From: an uncultured Chromatiaceae bacterium
GTDB taxonomy: Bacteria; Pseudomonadota; Gammaproteobacteria; Chromatiales; Chromatiaceae
Length of the DNA: 64,000 nt
Reading direction: 5' to 3'
Assembly: GCA_964395315.1 (NCBI GenBank)
Contig: CAYNBI010000003.1
Coordinates: 11,782 to 75,781 of the forward strand
The notes beneath the pieces are model-generated. The model ran no database searches. It worked only from the letters and a program-made list of their open reading frames with translations, and was not told the DNA's origin. Below, piece by piece: positions 1 through 9,562 of this stretch (positions are counted from its first letter, which is position 1; the number at the start of each line of letters is the position of its first letter). Both the position numbers and the translations under genes were made by a program.

Positions 1-719
1 AAGCTCTCAAAGAAACCCGACCCGTTGTCGAGGTAAATGGCCACGTACCAGGGCACCGCCACCACCAGAAACACCATCCAGCCCGAGGGCGCGAAGACCG
101 CTCGCCACCAATCCCGCAGGGCTCCCGCGGAGAGGAAGAACAGAAGGCTCACGAGCAGCGGAAAGAAGACCGCCACCGGTCCCTTGGTGAGGAAGCCGAG
201 CCCCATCCACAGATAGACCCGCAGCAGGGTGCCCCACCTCTGCCGCAGATACCAGCGATAGATGTCGAAAAAGCTCAGCGCGAGAAACAGGTTCAGCACC
301 GCGTCAGCCGTCGCCGCCTTGGCGATCAGCGAGACCTCCAGGGTCAGGGCCATGATCAGCGCGGCTACGGTGGCGGTCGGCGCGTCGAGGCGCTCGCGCA
401 CGAACCACCACAGGGCCAGGAGCCAGGCGGTCGCCGCCAGGGCCGAGGGCAAACGCAAGGCAAGCTCGTTCAGCCCGAGCAGCTTGACCGAGGCCGCCTG
501 CAACCAGTAGATGAGCACCGGCTTGTCGTAGCGCGGCTCACCGTCCTTGTGCGGGGTGATGTAGTTCCCGCTCGCAAGCATCTCGCGCGTGGCCTCGGTG
601 AAGGCCCCTTCGTCCAGGTCGTAGAGAGGCACCGCCCCCAACTGCCAGAAGAAGCTTAACAACACCGCGGCGGCGAGCACCCACGGCGATGCAAGCGACC
701 GGGAGAGGATCGGGCTCAT
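1..719 (-). CDS. Glycosyltransferase family 39 (ArnT/PMT-like membrane glycosyltransferase), 3' end cut by window edge
   Basis: Minus-strand frame is open from ATG at 719 to position 1; it is absent from the ORF track because it has no stop. My translation is MSPILSRSLASPWVLAAAVLLSFFWQLGAVPLYDLDEGAFTEATREMLASGNYITPHKDGEPRYDKPVLIYWLQAASVKL. It has the DLDEG loop and the YDKP.L motif typical of GT39. It starts 5 nt after the GT2 gene's stop. Confidence 0.75.
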   Translation of the reverse strand, partial: MSPILSRSLASPWVLAAAVLLSFFWQLGAVPLYDLDEGAFTEATREMLASGNYITPHKDGEPRYDKPVLIYWLQAASVKLLGLNELALRLPSALAATAWLLALWWFVRERLDAPTATVAALIMALTLEVSLIAKAATADAVLNLFLALSFFDIYRWYLRQRWGTLLRVYLWMGLGFLTKGPVAVFFPLLVSLLFFLSAGALRDWWRAVFAPSGWMVFLVVAVPWYVAIYLDNGSGFFES

Positions 720-724
720 CGCAC

Positions 725-1720
725 TCATGCGGGGCCGCGCCAGCCTGCCTGATCGCAATCGCTCTGCCAGGCGATGCAGTAGTTCGGCCGGTCGCGGGAC
801 TCGAAGAAGGTCCGGGCAAGCAGTTCCGCCAGCACGCCGGTGGTGAGGAACTGGACCGAAAAGACCAGGAAAAGGATGCCAGCGAACAGCATGGGGCGTC
901 GGCCGATATCCTCGCCGAAGCCGAACTTGATCACCGTCAGATGTGCCATGATCAACAAGCCGACGAGCCCGAAGACGATCCCGATGGAGCCGAAGAAGTG
1001 TCCCGGACGGGCCCGATAGCGCAGGAAAAAGAACGCCGTCAGCAGGTCGAGGAGGACGCGGAAAGTGCGCGAGATTCCGTACTTGGAACGGCCGAACTGG
1101 CGCGCCTCATGGTGCACCACCGTCTCGCCCATGCGCCGCGGGTCGGTCACGCCGGCCATCCACACAGGGATGAAACGGTGCATCTCCCCGAACAGACGCA
1201 CCCGCTTGATGATCTCCGCACGATAGACCTTGAGACTGCAGCCGTAATCGTGCAGACGCACCCCGGTGACCTTGGCGATCAGCCGGTTGGCGATGCGGGA
1301 CGGGATCTTGCGCAGCAACAGCCCGTCCTGGCGATCTCGGCGCCAGCCCTGGAGCAGGTCCAGATCGCGCTCGATGAGCTCATCGACCATGCGCGGAATA
1401 TCGGCCGGATCGTTCTGCAGGTCCCCGTCCAGGGTCGCGATCAGCTCTCCGCGCGCGGCGTCGAAACCCGCCTGCATGGCTGCGGTCTGACCGAAGTTGC
1501 GTTGCAGCCGGATGACGCGCACGTGTGGACCGAAACGCGCCGCCTGCTCGCGCAGTCGCTCGCCGGTGTCGTCGCGACTGCCGTCGTCAACGCAGATGAG
1601 CTCCCACGGCCCGGGATAGTCCTTCAATCCCTGGTGCACGCGAGAGAGCATCGGGAGGACGTTTTCCCCCTCCTCGTACATCGGAATGACGACCGACAGG
1701 CTGTGGGCGACAGGCGACAT
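725..1720 (-). CDS. GT2 polyprenyl-phosphate glycosyltransferase (ArnC/DPM1-like)
   Basis: LSVVIPMYEEGENV...CVDDGSRDDT...LDGDLQNDP...RDRQDG, with C-terminal TM helices. The track start at 1807 is a TTG; the ATG at 1720 (MSPVAHSLSVVIP) fits family N-termini. Confidence 0.85.
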   Translation of the reverse strand: MSPVAHSLSVVIPMYEEGENVLPMLSRVHQGLKDYPGPWELICVDDGSRDDTGERLREQAARFGPHVRVIRLQRNFGQTAAMQAGFDAARGELIATLDGDLQNDPADIPRMVDELIERDLDLLQGWRRDRQDGLLLRKIPSRIANRLIAKVTGVRLHDYGCSLKVYRAEIIKRVRLFGEMHRFIPVWMAGVTDPRRMGETVVHHEARQFGRSKYGISRTFRVLLDLLTAFFFLRYRARPGHFFGSIGIVFGLVGLLIMAHLTVIKFGFGEDIGRRPMLFAGILFLVFSVQFLTTGVLAELLARTFFESRDRPNYCIAWQSDCDQAGWRGPA

Positions 1721-1894
1721 GCTGATCTCGCGTGCTGGACCCGGGCTCCTTGGGACAGACACCCGAAGCGGAACGCGCAAGCTATACGGGCACCGGGGAA
1801 ATTTCAACCGCTCTTGGCCGCCTCGGACGAGTCGCGTTCACCACCCGCGTAAAGGAACCTGCCGCAGCCGCCGGTTTCGTGTATTTTGCCCGCC

Positions 1895-3226
1895 ATGAGC
1901 GATTCATTCTCCGACATGCCGCTTGCCGAGCCGCTGCTGCGCGCCGTCGCCAGGCAGGGCTTCGAGCGTCCCACTCCCGTTCAAGGCCGAGTGATCCCGC
2001 TTGCCCTGGCCGGCCGGGACCTTCTGGTCTCGGCGCAGACCGGATCGGGCAAGACCGCTGCCTTCCTGCTGCCGACGATGCAGCGATTCCTGGACCAGCC
2101 CGCGGCGGACACCGGCACGCGGGCACTGATCCTGGCGCCGACACGGGAGCTCGCGCGCCAGATTTACGACCACTTCATCCAGCTCGGCAGCTACACCCGG
2201 CTCACCGCGGGCGTTATCACCGGCGGCGCGCCGCTCAGCCACCAGGTAGCGACCCTGCGCAAGAACCCCGAGCTATTGATTGCGACCCCGGGGCGGCTGC
2301 TCGAACACCTGGAGAAGGGCAATGCGGCCCTCGACGAGCTGGAAATACTGGTCCTGGACGAAGCGGACCGAATGCTCGACATGGGCTTTGCCGCCGACGT
2401 GCTGTCCATCATCGGCCGATGCAACGTCCAGCGTCAGTCACTGCTGTTCTCCGCCACCCTGACCCATCGGGGCCTGAGACCCATCACCGAGCGGTTGCTG
2501 CGGGAGCCCGACGTGGTCACGATCGACGCGCCCCGGGAACAGCACCCCGACATCCATCACCAGGTCCTGCTCGCGGACGATCCGGACCACAAGCGCGCGC
2601 TCCTGATCCGGTTACTGACCGAGGAGACATTCGGCAAGGCCCTGGTCTTCACGAACACACGCGAGCAGGCCGCGAGCCTCGGCGGATTCCTGGCCAACAG
2701 CGAGACACGGGCCGCGACCCTGCACGGGGAGCTGGACCAGCGCGAGCGCAACCGGGTGGTGGAGCTCCTGCGGCGCGACCAGATTCGGGCCCTGGTCGCC
2801 ACGGACGTCGCGGCCCGGGGGCTTGACGTCCTCGGCATCGACCTAGTGATCAACTTCGAGGTGCCGCGCAGCGGCAAGGACTACCTGCATCGCACCGGCC
2901 GCACCGGCCGCGCCGGCGCGCGAGGACTGGCGGTCTCGCTGGTCGGCCCGCGAGAGTGGAACCACATGGAGAGCATCATCCGCTACCTGGGGCTCGCGGT
3001 GGAGCCGCGCGCCATCGCGGGCATGGAGGCCAAGTTCAAGGGACCAGGGCCCGCCAGGCGCACCAAGAAGCCGGTTGCGCCTAAACGAACAAGGCCTGCG
3101 TCGGAGAGGCCGGCCGCCAAGGTGAAGGACCGCCTGCGAGACCGCAAGAACAAGGGCAAGCGGCGCAAGCCGACCGGGGCGAATACGGTCGACGCCGGCC
3201 ACGGTCCGCTCAAGAGGCGCACCTGA
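1895..3226 (+). CDS. DEAD-box ATP-dependent RNA helicase (RhlE-like) with basic C-terminal tail
   Basis: Q-motif PTPVQ, AQTGSGKT, DEAD, SAT, HRTGRTGRAG, and a K/R-rich tail. ATG at 1895; the track start at 1886 is a TTG. Confidence 0.92.
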   Translation: MSDSFSDMPLAEPLLRAVARQGFERPTPVQGRVIPLALAGRDLLVSAQTGSGKTAAFLLPTMQRFLDQPAADTGTRALILAPTRELARQIYDHFIQLGSYTRLTAGVITGGAPLSHQVATLRKNPELLIATPGRLLEHLEKGNAALDELEILVLDEADRMLDMGFAADVLSIIGRCNVQRQSLLFSATLTHRGLRPITERLLREPDVVTIDAPREQHPDIHHQVLLADDPDHKRALLIRLLTEETFGKALVFTNTREQAASLGGFLANSETRAATLHGELDQRERNRVVELLRRDQIRALVATDVAARGLDVLGIDLVINFEVPRSGKDYLHRTGRTGRAGARGLAVSLVGPREWNHMESIIRYLGLAVEPRAIAGMEAKFKGPGPARRTKKPVAPKRTRPASERPAAKVKDRLRDRKNKGKRRKPTGANTVDAGHGPLKRRT

Positions 3227-3277
3227 GCGCCGTTCGCCCGAGGCTTCCTACCGCTTCAGGCCGGGATCCGCGGCGCG

Positions 3278-3970
3278 CTACACCGAGTCCTTCAGCATCA
3301 GCTCCTTGATGTGCCCGATGGCCTTGGTCGGGTTCAGACCCTTGGGGCACACCTCCACGCAATTCATGATGCTGTGGCAGCGAAACAGCTTGTATGGGCC
3401 CTCGAGCGCATCCATGCGTTCGGAGGACGCCTGGTCGCGGCTGTCGGCGAGGAAGCGGTAGGCGGTGAGCAGCGCCTGGGGCCCGAGAAACTTCTCCGGA
3501 TTCCACCAGAAGGACGGGCAGAAGGTAGAGCAGCAGCCGCACATGATGCACTCGTAGAGGCCATCGAGCTTGTCGCGCTCCGCCGGGGACTGACGCAACT
3601 CCTGCTCCGGGGTCGGCTCCTTGCGCTTGAGCCAAGGATCGACCGCCTTGTACTGCTCATAGAACTGGGTCATGTCGACCACCAGGTCGCGGATCACCGG
3701 GCGGCCCGGGAAGGGGCGCACCTCCACCGGGGCCTTGAGATCGGACACCCGGGTGATGCAGGCGAGCATGTTGCGCCCGTTGGCGTTGACGCCATCGGAG
3801 CCGCACACGCCCTCACCGCAGGAGTGACGGAAGGCGAAGGTCTCGTCCTGGCGCTTGATGTCCAGCAGGGCGTCGCGCAGCATCATGCCGCGATGGGTCT
3901 CGACCTCGAACTCCTGCATGCGCGGCTTCTGGCCGGACTCGGGATCGTAGCGGTAGACACGGAATTTCAT
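3278..3970 (-). CDS. sdhB: Succinate dehydrogenase iron-sulfur subunit
   Basis: The protein has three Cys clusters: CGEGVCGSDG, CIMCGCCSTFCP and CHSIMNCVEVCP. It lies downstream of sdhA. Confidence 0.95.
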   Translation of the reverse strand: MKFRVYRYDPESGQKPRMQEFEVETHRGMMLRDALLDIKRQDETFAFRHSCGEGVCGSDGVNANGRNMLACITRVSDLKAPVEVRPFPGRPVIRDLVVDMTQFYEQYKAVDPWLKRKEPTPEQELRQSPAERDKLDGLYECIMCGCCSTFCPSFWWNPEKFLGPQALLTAYRFLADSRDQASSERMDALEGPYKLFRCHSIMNCVEVCPKGLNPTKAIGHIKELMLKDSV

Positions 3971-4021
3971 AGTCGTTCCTCGGAACTGGGCTGTCGGATA
4001 CCGTCGGCGCGGGCCGCTGCG

Positions 4022-5782
4022 TCAGTACACGCGCTCTTTCGGCGGAAAGGTCTCGACCGTCAGCGGCTTGGTGCGCACCGGCTTGTAGTCGAGGCGATCG
4101 CCGTCGAGGAAATACAGCGAGTGCTTCATCCAGTTGGCGTCGTCGCGCTTCGGGTAGTCCGGCCGCGAGTGGGCGCCACGGCTCTCCTTGCGGTGCAGGG
4201 CGGACACCGCGATCGCCATGCCCACATCCAGCAGGTTCTGCAGCTCCAACGCCTCGACCCGGGCGGTGTTGAAGACCTTGGAATGGTCCTTGAGGCGCAG
4301 GTCGGGCATCCGCGCGCGCACCGCATCGAGCTTTTTCAGGCCCTCGGTCATGATCTCGTCGGTCCGGAAGACCCCGGCATGATCCTCCATGGTCCGCGTC
4401 AGCTCCTCGCGCATGGCGTGCACAGAGATGCCCTCGCCCTGCCGGTCGAGGCTGGTGAGCCGGTCCATCGCCCGGTCCAGGCTGGCCTGGTCGAGCGAGC
4501 GGTGGAAGGGGTTGTCGCGGACGTAGTCGACGATGTCCTTGCCAGCCACCCGGCCGAACACCAGGATGTCGAGCAGGGAGTTGCCGCCCAGGCGGTTGGC
4601 CCCGTGCACCGATGCGCAAGCACACTCTCCGGCGGCATAGAGCCCGGGCTGGGCCTCCTCCCCCGTGCCGGCGGGTACCACGACCCGCCCGTAACGATCG
4701 GTCGGGATACCGCCCATGACGTAGTGTGCGGTGGGAAAGACCGGGATCGGCTCCTCCACCGGATCGACCCCGGCGAAGATCCGGCTGCTCTCGCGGATGC
4801 CCGGCAACCGCTTGGCGATCAGGCTCTCCCCCAGGTGATCGACCTTGAGCATCACGTGGTCGGCCTTGGGACCGCAGCCGCGACCCTCCCGCACCTCGGT
4901 GACGATCGAACGGGAAACCACGTCGCGGCTGGCCAAGTCCTTGGCCTTGGGGGCGTAGCGCTCCATGAAGCGCTCGCCCTTGCTGTTGACCAGATATCCG
5001 CCCTCGCCGCACACACCCTCGGTAATGAGCATCCCCTTGCCGGCGATCCCGGTGGGGTGGAACTGGAAGAACTCCATGTCCATCAGCGGGATCCCCGCGC
5101 GCAGGGCCATCGCCATGCCGTCACCCGTGTTGATGTGGGCGTTCGAGGTGGTGCGGAATACCTGGCCGCAGCCGCCAGTGGCGAGCAGCGTGGTCTTGGA
5201 CTCGATCAGCAGCGGCTCACCAGTTTCGATCTCCAGCACCAGCGCGCCGCACACCACCCCTTCCTTGTCCTTCACCAGGTCAATGGCGAAGAACTCGTCA
5301 AAGAAATGGGTCTTGGCCCGGATATTCTGTTGATAAAGGGTGTGGAGGATGGCGTGACCGGTACGGTCAGCCGCCGCGCAGGTGCGGGCCGCCTGGTCGC
5401 CGCCGAAATTCTGGCTCTGGCCGCCGAACGCGCGCTGATAGATCTTTCCGTTGTCCAGGCGCGAGAAGGGAACTCCGCTGTGCTCCAGCTCGTAGACGGT
5501 GGGAATAGCCTCGCGGCACATGAACTCGATGGCGTCCTGGTCACCAAGATAGTCCGATCCCTTCACCGTGTCGAACATGTGCCAGTGCCAATTGTCCGGC
5601 AGCACGTTTGCCAGCGCCGCATTCACCCCGCCCTGTGCGGCGACGGTGTGAGAGCGCGTCGGGAACACCTTGGTGACCACGGCAACGCGCAGCTCCGCGT
5701 TGGCCAGCTGTATGGCCGCGTTGAGGCCGGCTCCCCCCGCGCCCACGATGAGGGCGTCGAAATGTCTCTTCTGCAATGGCAT
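4022..5782 (-). CDS. sdhA: Succinate dehydrogenase flavoprotein subunit
   Basis: DALIVGAGGAGL FAD fold, SHTVAAQGG (covalent-FAD His), HPTG, and the full-length 586-aa SdhA pattern. Confidence 0.96.
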   Translation of the reverse strand: MPLQKRHFDALIVGAGGAGLNAAIQLANAELRVAVVTKVFPTRSHTVAAQGGVNAALANVLPDNWHWHMFDTVKGSDYLGDQDAIEFMCREAIPTVYELEHSGVPFSRLDNGKIYQRAFGGQSQNFGGDQAARTCAAADRTGHAILHTLYQQNIRAKTHFFDEFFAIDLVKDKEGVVCGALVLEIETGEPLLIESKTTLLATGGCGQVFRTTSNAHINTGDGMAMALRAGIPLMDMEFFQFHPTGIAGKGMLITEGVCGEGGYLVNSKGERFMERYAPKAKDLASRDVVSRSIVTEVREGRGCGPKADHVMLKVDHLGESLIAKRLPGIRESSRIFAGVDPVEEPIPVFPTAHYVMGGIPTDRYGRVVVPAGTGEEAQPGLYAAGECACASVHGANRLGGNSLLDILVFGRVAGKDIVDYVRDNPFHRSLDQASLDRAMDRLTSLDRQGEGISVHAMREELTRTMEDHAGVFRTDEIMTEGLKKLDAVRARMPDLRLKDHSKVFNTARVEALELQNLLDVGMAIAVSALHRKESRGAHSRPDYPKRDDANWMKHSLYFLDGDRLDYKPVRTKPLTVETFPPKERVY

Positions 5783-5893
5783 TGTCGTTTTCGATCCTGT
5801 TATCGATTGTTCAGCGTGACGGCGGTGCGCCCGGACTAGCGGGACACCGAGGTCGTCCGGCGGCTTTGGGTGGCGCGCTGCAACACGCCGGAT

Positions 5894-6241
5894 CTAGGCC
5901 CCTGCGACGTGGGCAAGGACGACGACCTTGAGCGCCCACAGTCCGCTGGCCACCAGGCCGAAACCCAGCAGCGTCAGCACCGTGACCCGCGCGGCGATGG
6001 GGTGAACATAGTCGATCACCGCATCGCGAAAGCCCACCCAGGCGTGCAGCAGCAAGGCGCCGAAGAACAGCAGCAAGCCGATGCTGACCCCGGGCCGGCT
6101 CAACCAGGCGACCCACTGCGCGTGGTCCGAAGGGGGATTCGCGGACATGGCCAGAATCAGGTAAGGGAAGTAGAGCAGCAGATAGACCGCCGTGACGCGC
6201 TGCAGCACCCACGCCCGCAGTCCCGTTGCCTGGCGACTCAT
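5894..6241 (-). CDS. sdhD: Succinate dehydrogenase membrane anchor subunit
   Basis: 115-aa protein with 3 TM helices. It has an ATGA overlap with sdhC and sits in the sdhCDAB order. Confidence 0.85.
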   Translation of the reverse strand: MSRQATGLRAWVLQRVTAVYLLLYFPYLILAMSANPPSDHAQWVAWLSRPGVSIGLLLFFGALLLHAWVGFRDAVIDYVHPIAARVTVLTLLGFGLVASGLWALKVVVLAHVAGA

Positions 6242-6627
6242 GACAGCACCACCGTGAGCAGCAGGGCCAGCAATGGCGCCGCGGCCAGCACTGCGATCGC
6301 CGTTTGCTGATAGACGGGCTTATCGACACCGACATCCACATCCAGCAGCAGGTACCGAATGCCGGCCAGGAAGTGATGCATCAGGGCCCACAGCGCGAGA
6401 AACAGCAGGACCTTGAACGGGAGGCCCGTAGCAGTTTCCCGCACGGCGGCAAATCCCTCCGGACTGGATGTAGATTTGTCCAGGAGGTAGATCAGCGCCG
6501 GGATCCCGAGCACCATGACCACACCGGAGATGCGATGGCCGATGGACATGAGCCCGGCGACAGGGAGGCGGATCTTGGTCAGATCCAGGAATACAGGCCT
6601 ACGTTGGGCGTTGGTCGTCATTGTCAT
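6238..6627 (-). CDS. sdhC: Succinate dehydrogenase cytochrome b556 subunit
   Basis: 129 aa, RPVFLDL...SIGHRISG motif; first gene of the sdhCDAB operon. Confidence 0.88.
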   Translation of the reverse strand: MTMTTNAQRRPVFLDLTKIRLPVAGLMSIGHRISGVVMVLGIPALIYLLDKSTSSPEGFAAVRETATGLPFKVLLFLALWALMHHFLAGIRYLLLDVDVGVDKPVYQQTAIAVLAAAPLLALLLTVVLS

Positions 6628-7374
6628 TTTTCCGCTTGGAAAGGGCCCTGGTTGACCCCGCGAGGACCAGGGCTATTGTTATCCGCCGCCTGCGCGGCGA
6701 CGATGGGTTATCCCTCTTGGGCGGGTGATGCGCAGTCCCTTTGCGCCGCCGATTCTTGAGCCGTCCAGGAAGACGTCGATCCTACGGAGTTCATCCGCCC
6801 CGGCCATCTACCGGGCGATCGGACCTCGCTCCGCTTGACACATCCCTTGCTCGCTTCGACCGGGTCGACGCGCCTCGCGCCAGAGATCGGTGAGCTGCAA
6901 CCTACCGATTCAAACCAGATGCCAGTCCGACGGCGACTCCCAGTCCGAAGCCGAAATCCCGATCCCGTCGGTTCAGCATAGACAACCTTTTCGGAAAACG
7001 GGTTCCGGATTACGCACACCCGGTGACTCGCCCACGCCGAACCCCGACGTACTTCCGTGCGCATGGCGCGGGAACATCGCCCGGCTCGACGCGAATCCGT
7101 CGGGGCGAAACCATCGCACACTTTGTGCGCCGCAGCAAATTCTCGATTCCCCGATCACCCTGGCATCGGCCCGAGCCCACTCCGGAGGTCTTTTTCGACA
7201 CCGCTGCGGCAGGAATGGACCAAAGGGCACACCGGAATTTGCCGAATCGGGCCAAGATAAAGCCGATGGGGAGACGGGCCAGGAGAGCAGGCCCTTCACG
7301 CGGGTCGGAACGGAGAGTTTAGTAGAGGCCCTGGTGCGGACCAAGCGGGCGGGAGGCGGCAGGCCCCGGTGGCT

Positions 7375-7398
7375 GGCGGCCCCTGGGGCGGGGCCGCC
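7375..7398 (-). terminator. GC-rich hairpin 12 nt after the stop of the 63-aa ORF
   Basis: ggcggcccc/ggggccgcc forms a 9-bp stem with a 6-nt loop. There is no clear U-tract. Confidence 0.35.
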
Positions 7399-7410
7399 GT
7401 CGCAGAAAGG

Positions 7411-7602
7411 TCAGTCGGAATCGGCGCCCCAGGAAGCCATGGCGGACGAGGCGCCCGCGCCCGGGCGCATGTCGGCGAGGAAGCGCGCGATCTGGTGGGC
7501 ACTCAGCTCTTGCACTTCATAGCTCTGAAGCGTTCCCTCGAGGGAAAAATGCTCACTGGGGCGCTGCTCCGTCTTTGCGGTATTGCTCGTGCTCCGGCTC
7601 AT
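7411..7602 (-). CDS. Hypothetical small protein (63 aa)
   Basis: ATG is preceded by aagAGGAGcaatgag (a strong SD). GC3 is about 80%, like neighbouring genes, and a hairpin follows the stop. I recognise no family. Confidence 0.5.
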   Translation of the reverse strand: MSRSTSNTAKTEQRPSEHFSLEGTLQSYEVQELSAHQIARFLADMRPGAGASSAMASWGADSD

Positions 7603-7879
7603 CTCATTGCTCCTCTTGCGCGCTTCGGCGACTCTGTGTTCGTTTGGTCAGGCGTTGATCGGCGTGATCCATCCCGTTGATGCAGAGTGTGTACGCTCGC
7701 CCGCCAGGATTCCGAGACCTGTCGCACGAATTGCATGCATCGCCGGGGCTCCGGTGCATCGGGTCGATCCCGGCCGGTTGCAATTCGCAGGACCTCTGCT
7801 TCAATCGGGTAACGGACGGACGGCCTTCGTCTGGTCGCCGGCCCGAACGACCGTTCACAACCGCAGGCGCAATGACACC

Positions 7880-9562
7880 GTGTCCGAGCTCTTTACACCG
7901 AACCACAGACCGCGACCACAGCCCAGGGGCCGTCGCGCCGGACCCGAGACGCGGGCGCGTCTGGACGCGGTTCTCTGCGGCATGCCCCGGCGCCGGGACC
8001 TGCTCATCGAGCACCTTCACCGCATTCAGGATTCGCTCGGACATCTCCCTGCCGACCTGTTGACCGCGCTCGCCGACGCGCTTTCTCTCTCCGTGGTGGA
8101 GGTCTACGAGGTCGCGAGCTTCTATCACCACTTCGACCTGGTGCGCGAGCATGAGCACCGGCCTCCGGCCGTGACGGTCCGCGTCTGTGACTCGATAGCC
8201 TGCGCACTGGCCGGAGCGGAGGTCTTGGCAGAAGGATTGTCGGCAGGCCTGGGGCCTGAGGTGCGGGTTCAGCGGGTATCTTGCGTGGGGCGCTGCGACG
8301 CCGCTCCGATCGCCGTGGTGGGACGCCATCCGTTGCCGGCAGCGACGCCGGACCGCATCGCCGACGCCATCACGGCCGGCGAGCTCGAGGACAGGGTCCC
8401 TGCAGCGGAGGACTACCACGCCTACCGCTCCGCGGGCGGCTACGAGTTTCTGCGGGACCTGACCCTGCACGCCAGCGACGAGCGCCGGGAATGGGTCATC
8501 GCCGAAATCGAACGCTCGGAACTGCGAGGCCTGGGCGGCGCCGGCTTCCCCGCCGGGCGCAAGTGGCGAATAGTGCGCGCGCAGCCTTCACCCAGGCTGA
8601 TGGCCGTGAACCTGGACGAGGGAGAGCCGGGCACCTTCAAGGATCGATACCACCTCGAGACGCGCCCCCACCGCTTCCTCGATGGCATGCTGATCGCTGC
8701 CAACGCGGTGGGGATCGATGCGATCTACGTCTACCTTCGCGACGAGTACGCGGGCTGCCGCGCCCTGCTGGAGCGGGAGCTTGACCGACTCCAGGCGGAC
8801 CCGCCCTGCCCCATCCCGCCCATCGAGCTCCGACGCGGCGCCGGCGCCTATGTCTGTGGGGAGGAGTCGGCCATGATCGAGTCCATCGAAGGCCGGCGCG
8901 GCCTGCCCCGCCTGCGCCCACCCTACGTGGCCGAGCGCGGGCTTTTCGGTCGACCGACCCTGGTACACAACCTGGAGACCCTGCACTGGGTGCCCGAGAT
9001 CCTGCAACGGGGCGCCGACTGGTTCCTCTCGCACGGCCGCAACGGTCGCCGCGGTTTGCGCACGTTCTCCCTGAGCGGACGGGTGAATCGACCCGGCGTG
9101 TACGCGGCCCCGGCGGGCATCAGCGCCAGCGCGCTGATCGACGAGTACGGCGGCGGCCTGCCCGCAGGGAAGCGGTTGAGGGCCTACTTCCCGGGCGGCG
9201 CCTCGGGGGGCATCCTCCCGGCTAGCCTGGCGGACCTGCCACTGGACTTCGACAGTCTGCAGGACTATGGCTGCTTTGTCGGCTCGGCGGCGGTCGTCGT
9301 CCTCGCGGAAGGAGACAGCGTGCGCGAGGCGGCGCACAACGCCATGCGTTTCTTCGCCCGCGAATCCTGCGGTCAGTGCACGCCCTGCCGGGTCGGCTGC
9401 GACCGCGCGGCGCGCCTGATGGCCGCCCCCGATTGGGACCTGCCGTCCCTCCAGGACCTGGCCACGGTCCTGGCCGACGCATCGATCTGCGGCCTCGGGC
9501 AGGCCGCGCCCAACCCGCTGCGCTGCCTGATCCGGTATTTCCCCGAGGAGCTCGGCCGATGA
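7880..9562 (+). CDS. NAD-dependent formate dehydrogenase, fused gamma (NuoE-like 2Fe-2S) and beta (NuoF-like FMN/NAD/4Fe-4S) subunits
   Basis: The N-terminal part, EVASFYHHF...VCDSIAC...CVGRCDAAP, is NuoE-like. It is followed by GLGGAGFPAGRKW, EGEPGTFKDR, ESCGQCTPCR and ICGLGQAA, which are NuoF-like. The start is uncertain. The track start at 7583 gives a non-protein-like leader, and an in-frame GTG at 7880 is proposed. Confidence 0.85.
   Translation: MSELFTPNHRPRPQPRGRRAGPETRARLDAVLCGMPRRRDLLIEHLHRIQDSLGHLPADLLTALADALSLSVVEVYEVASFYHHFDLVREHEHRPPAVTVRVCDSIACALAGAEVLAEGLSAGLGPEVRVQRVSCVGRCDAAPIAVVGRHPLPAATPDRIADAITAGELEDRVPAAEDYHAYRSAGGYEFLRDLTLHASDERREWVIAEIERSELRGLGGAGFPAGRKWRIVRAQPSPRLMAVNLDEGEPGTFKDRYHLETRPHRFLDGMLIAANAVGIDAIYVYLRDEYAGCRALLERELDRLQADPPCPIPPIELRRGAGAYVCGEESAMIESIEGRRGLPRLRPPYVAERGLFGRPTLVHNLETLHWVPEILQRGADWFLSHGRNGRRGLRTFSLSGRVNRPGVYAAPAGISASALIDEYGGGLPAGKRLRAYFPGGASGGILPASLADLPLDFDSLQDYGCFVGSAAVVVLAEGDSVREAAHNAMRFFARESCGQCTPCRVGCDRAARLMAAPDWDLPSLQDLATVLADASICGLGQAAPNPLRCLIRYFPEELGR

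Noticed and set aside
3311-5839. Very long ORFs antisense to well-supported genes: 3311-5839 versus sdhAB, 9835-12321 versus fdsA, 29458-31971 versus clpC-like, 40087-41829 versus parC, 55132-56871 versus RNB, 689-1852, 19917-21434, 33407-34564 and 58490-59668.
   Set aside because: Each mirrors a gene with unmistakable motifs. Their translations are Arg/Gly/Ala/Pro/His-rich with no domains. Long open antisense frames are expected in a genome of about 65% GC with GC3-biased codons.
7140-7300. Possible Moco or cobalamin riboswitch, from CCGAGCC, CAAAGGG and GGCCAGGAGAGCAGGCC motifs, upstream of the molybdoenzyme FDH operon.
   Set aside because: Only short fragments resemble what I recall of the consensus sequences. 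The site is about 600 nt from the fds start, with a well-signalled antisense ORF in between. It needs Infernal with RF01055 and RF00174 and cannot be supported by eye.
7411-7602. The 63-aa ORF as FdsD, the formate dehydrogenase delta subunit.
   Set aside because: Only a vague 'HQIARF' resemblance. It lacks the FW.PRMR-type motif I recall, and it is on the opposite strand from the fds genes.
7583-7879. N-terminal extensions in the ORF track: 7583, 9376, 12313, 15134, 17234, 27010, 32129, 37550, 43678, 43936, 51315, 54741 and TTG starts at 1807, 1886 and 26418.
   Set aside because: The extended parts are not protein-like or overlap neighbouring genes. Internal ATG or GTG codons with SD-like sequences coincide with family-typical N-termini. 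Starts remain predictions.
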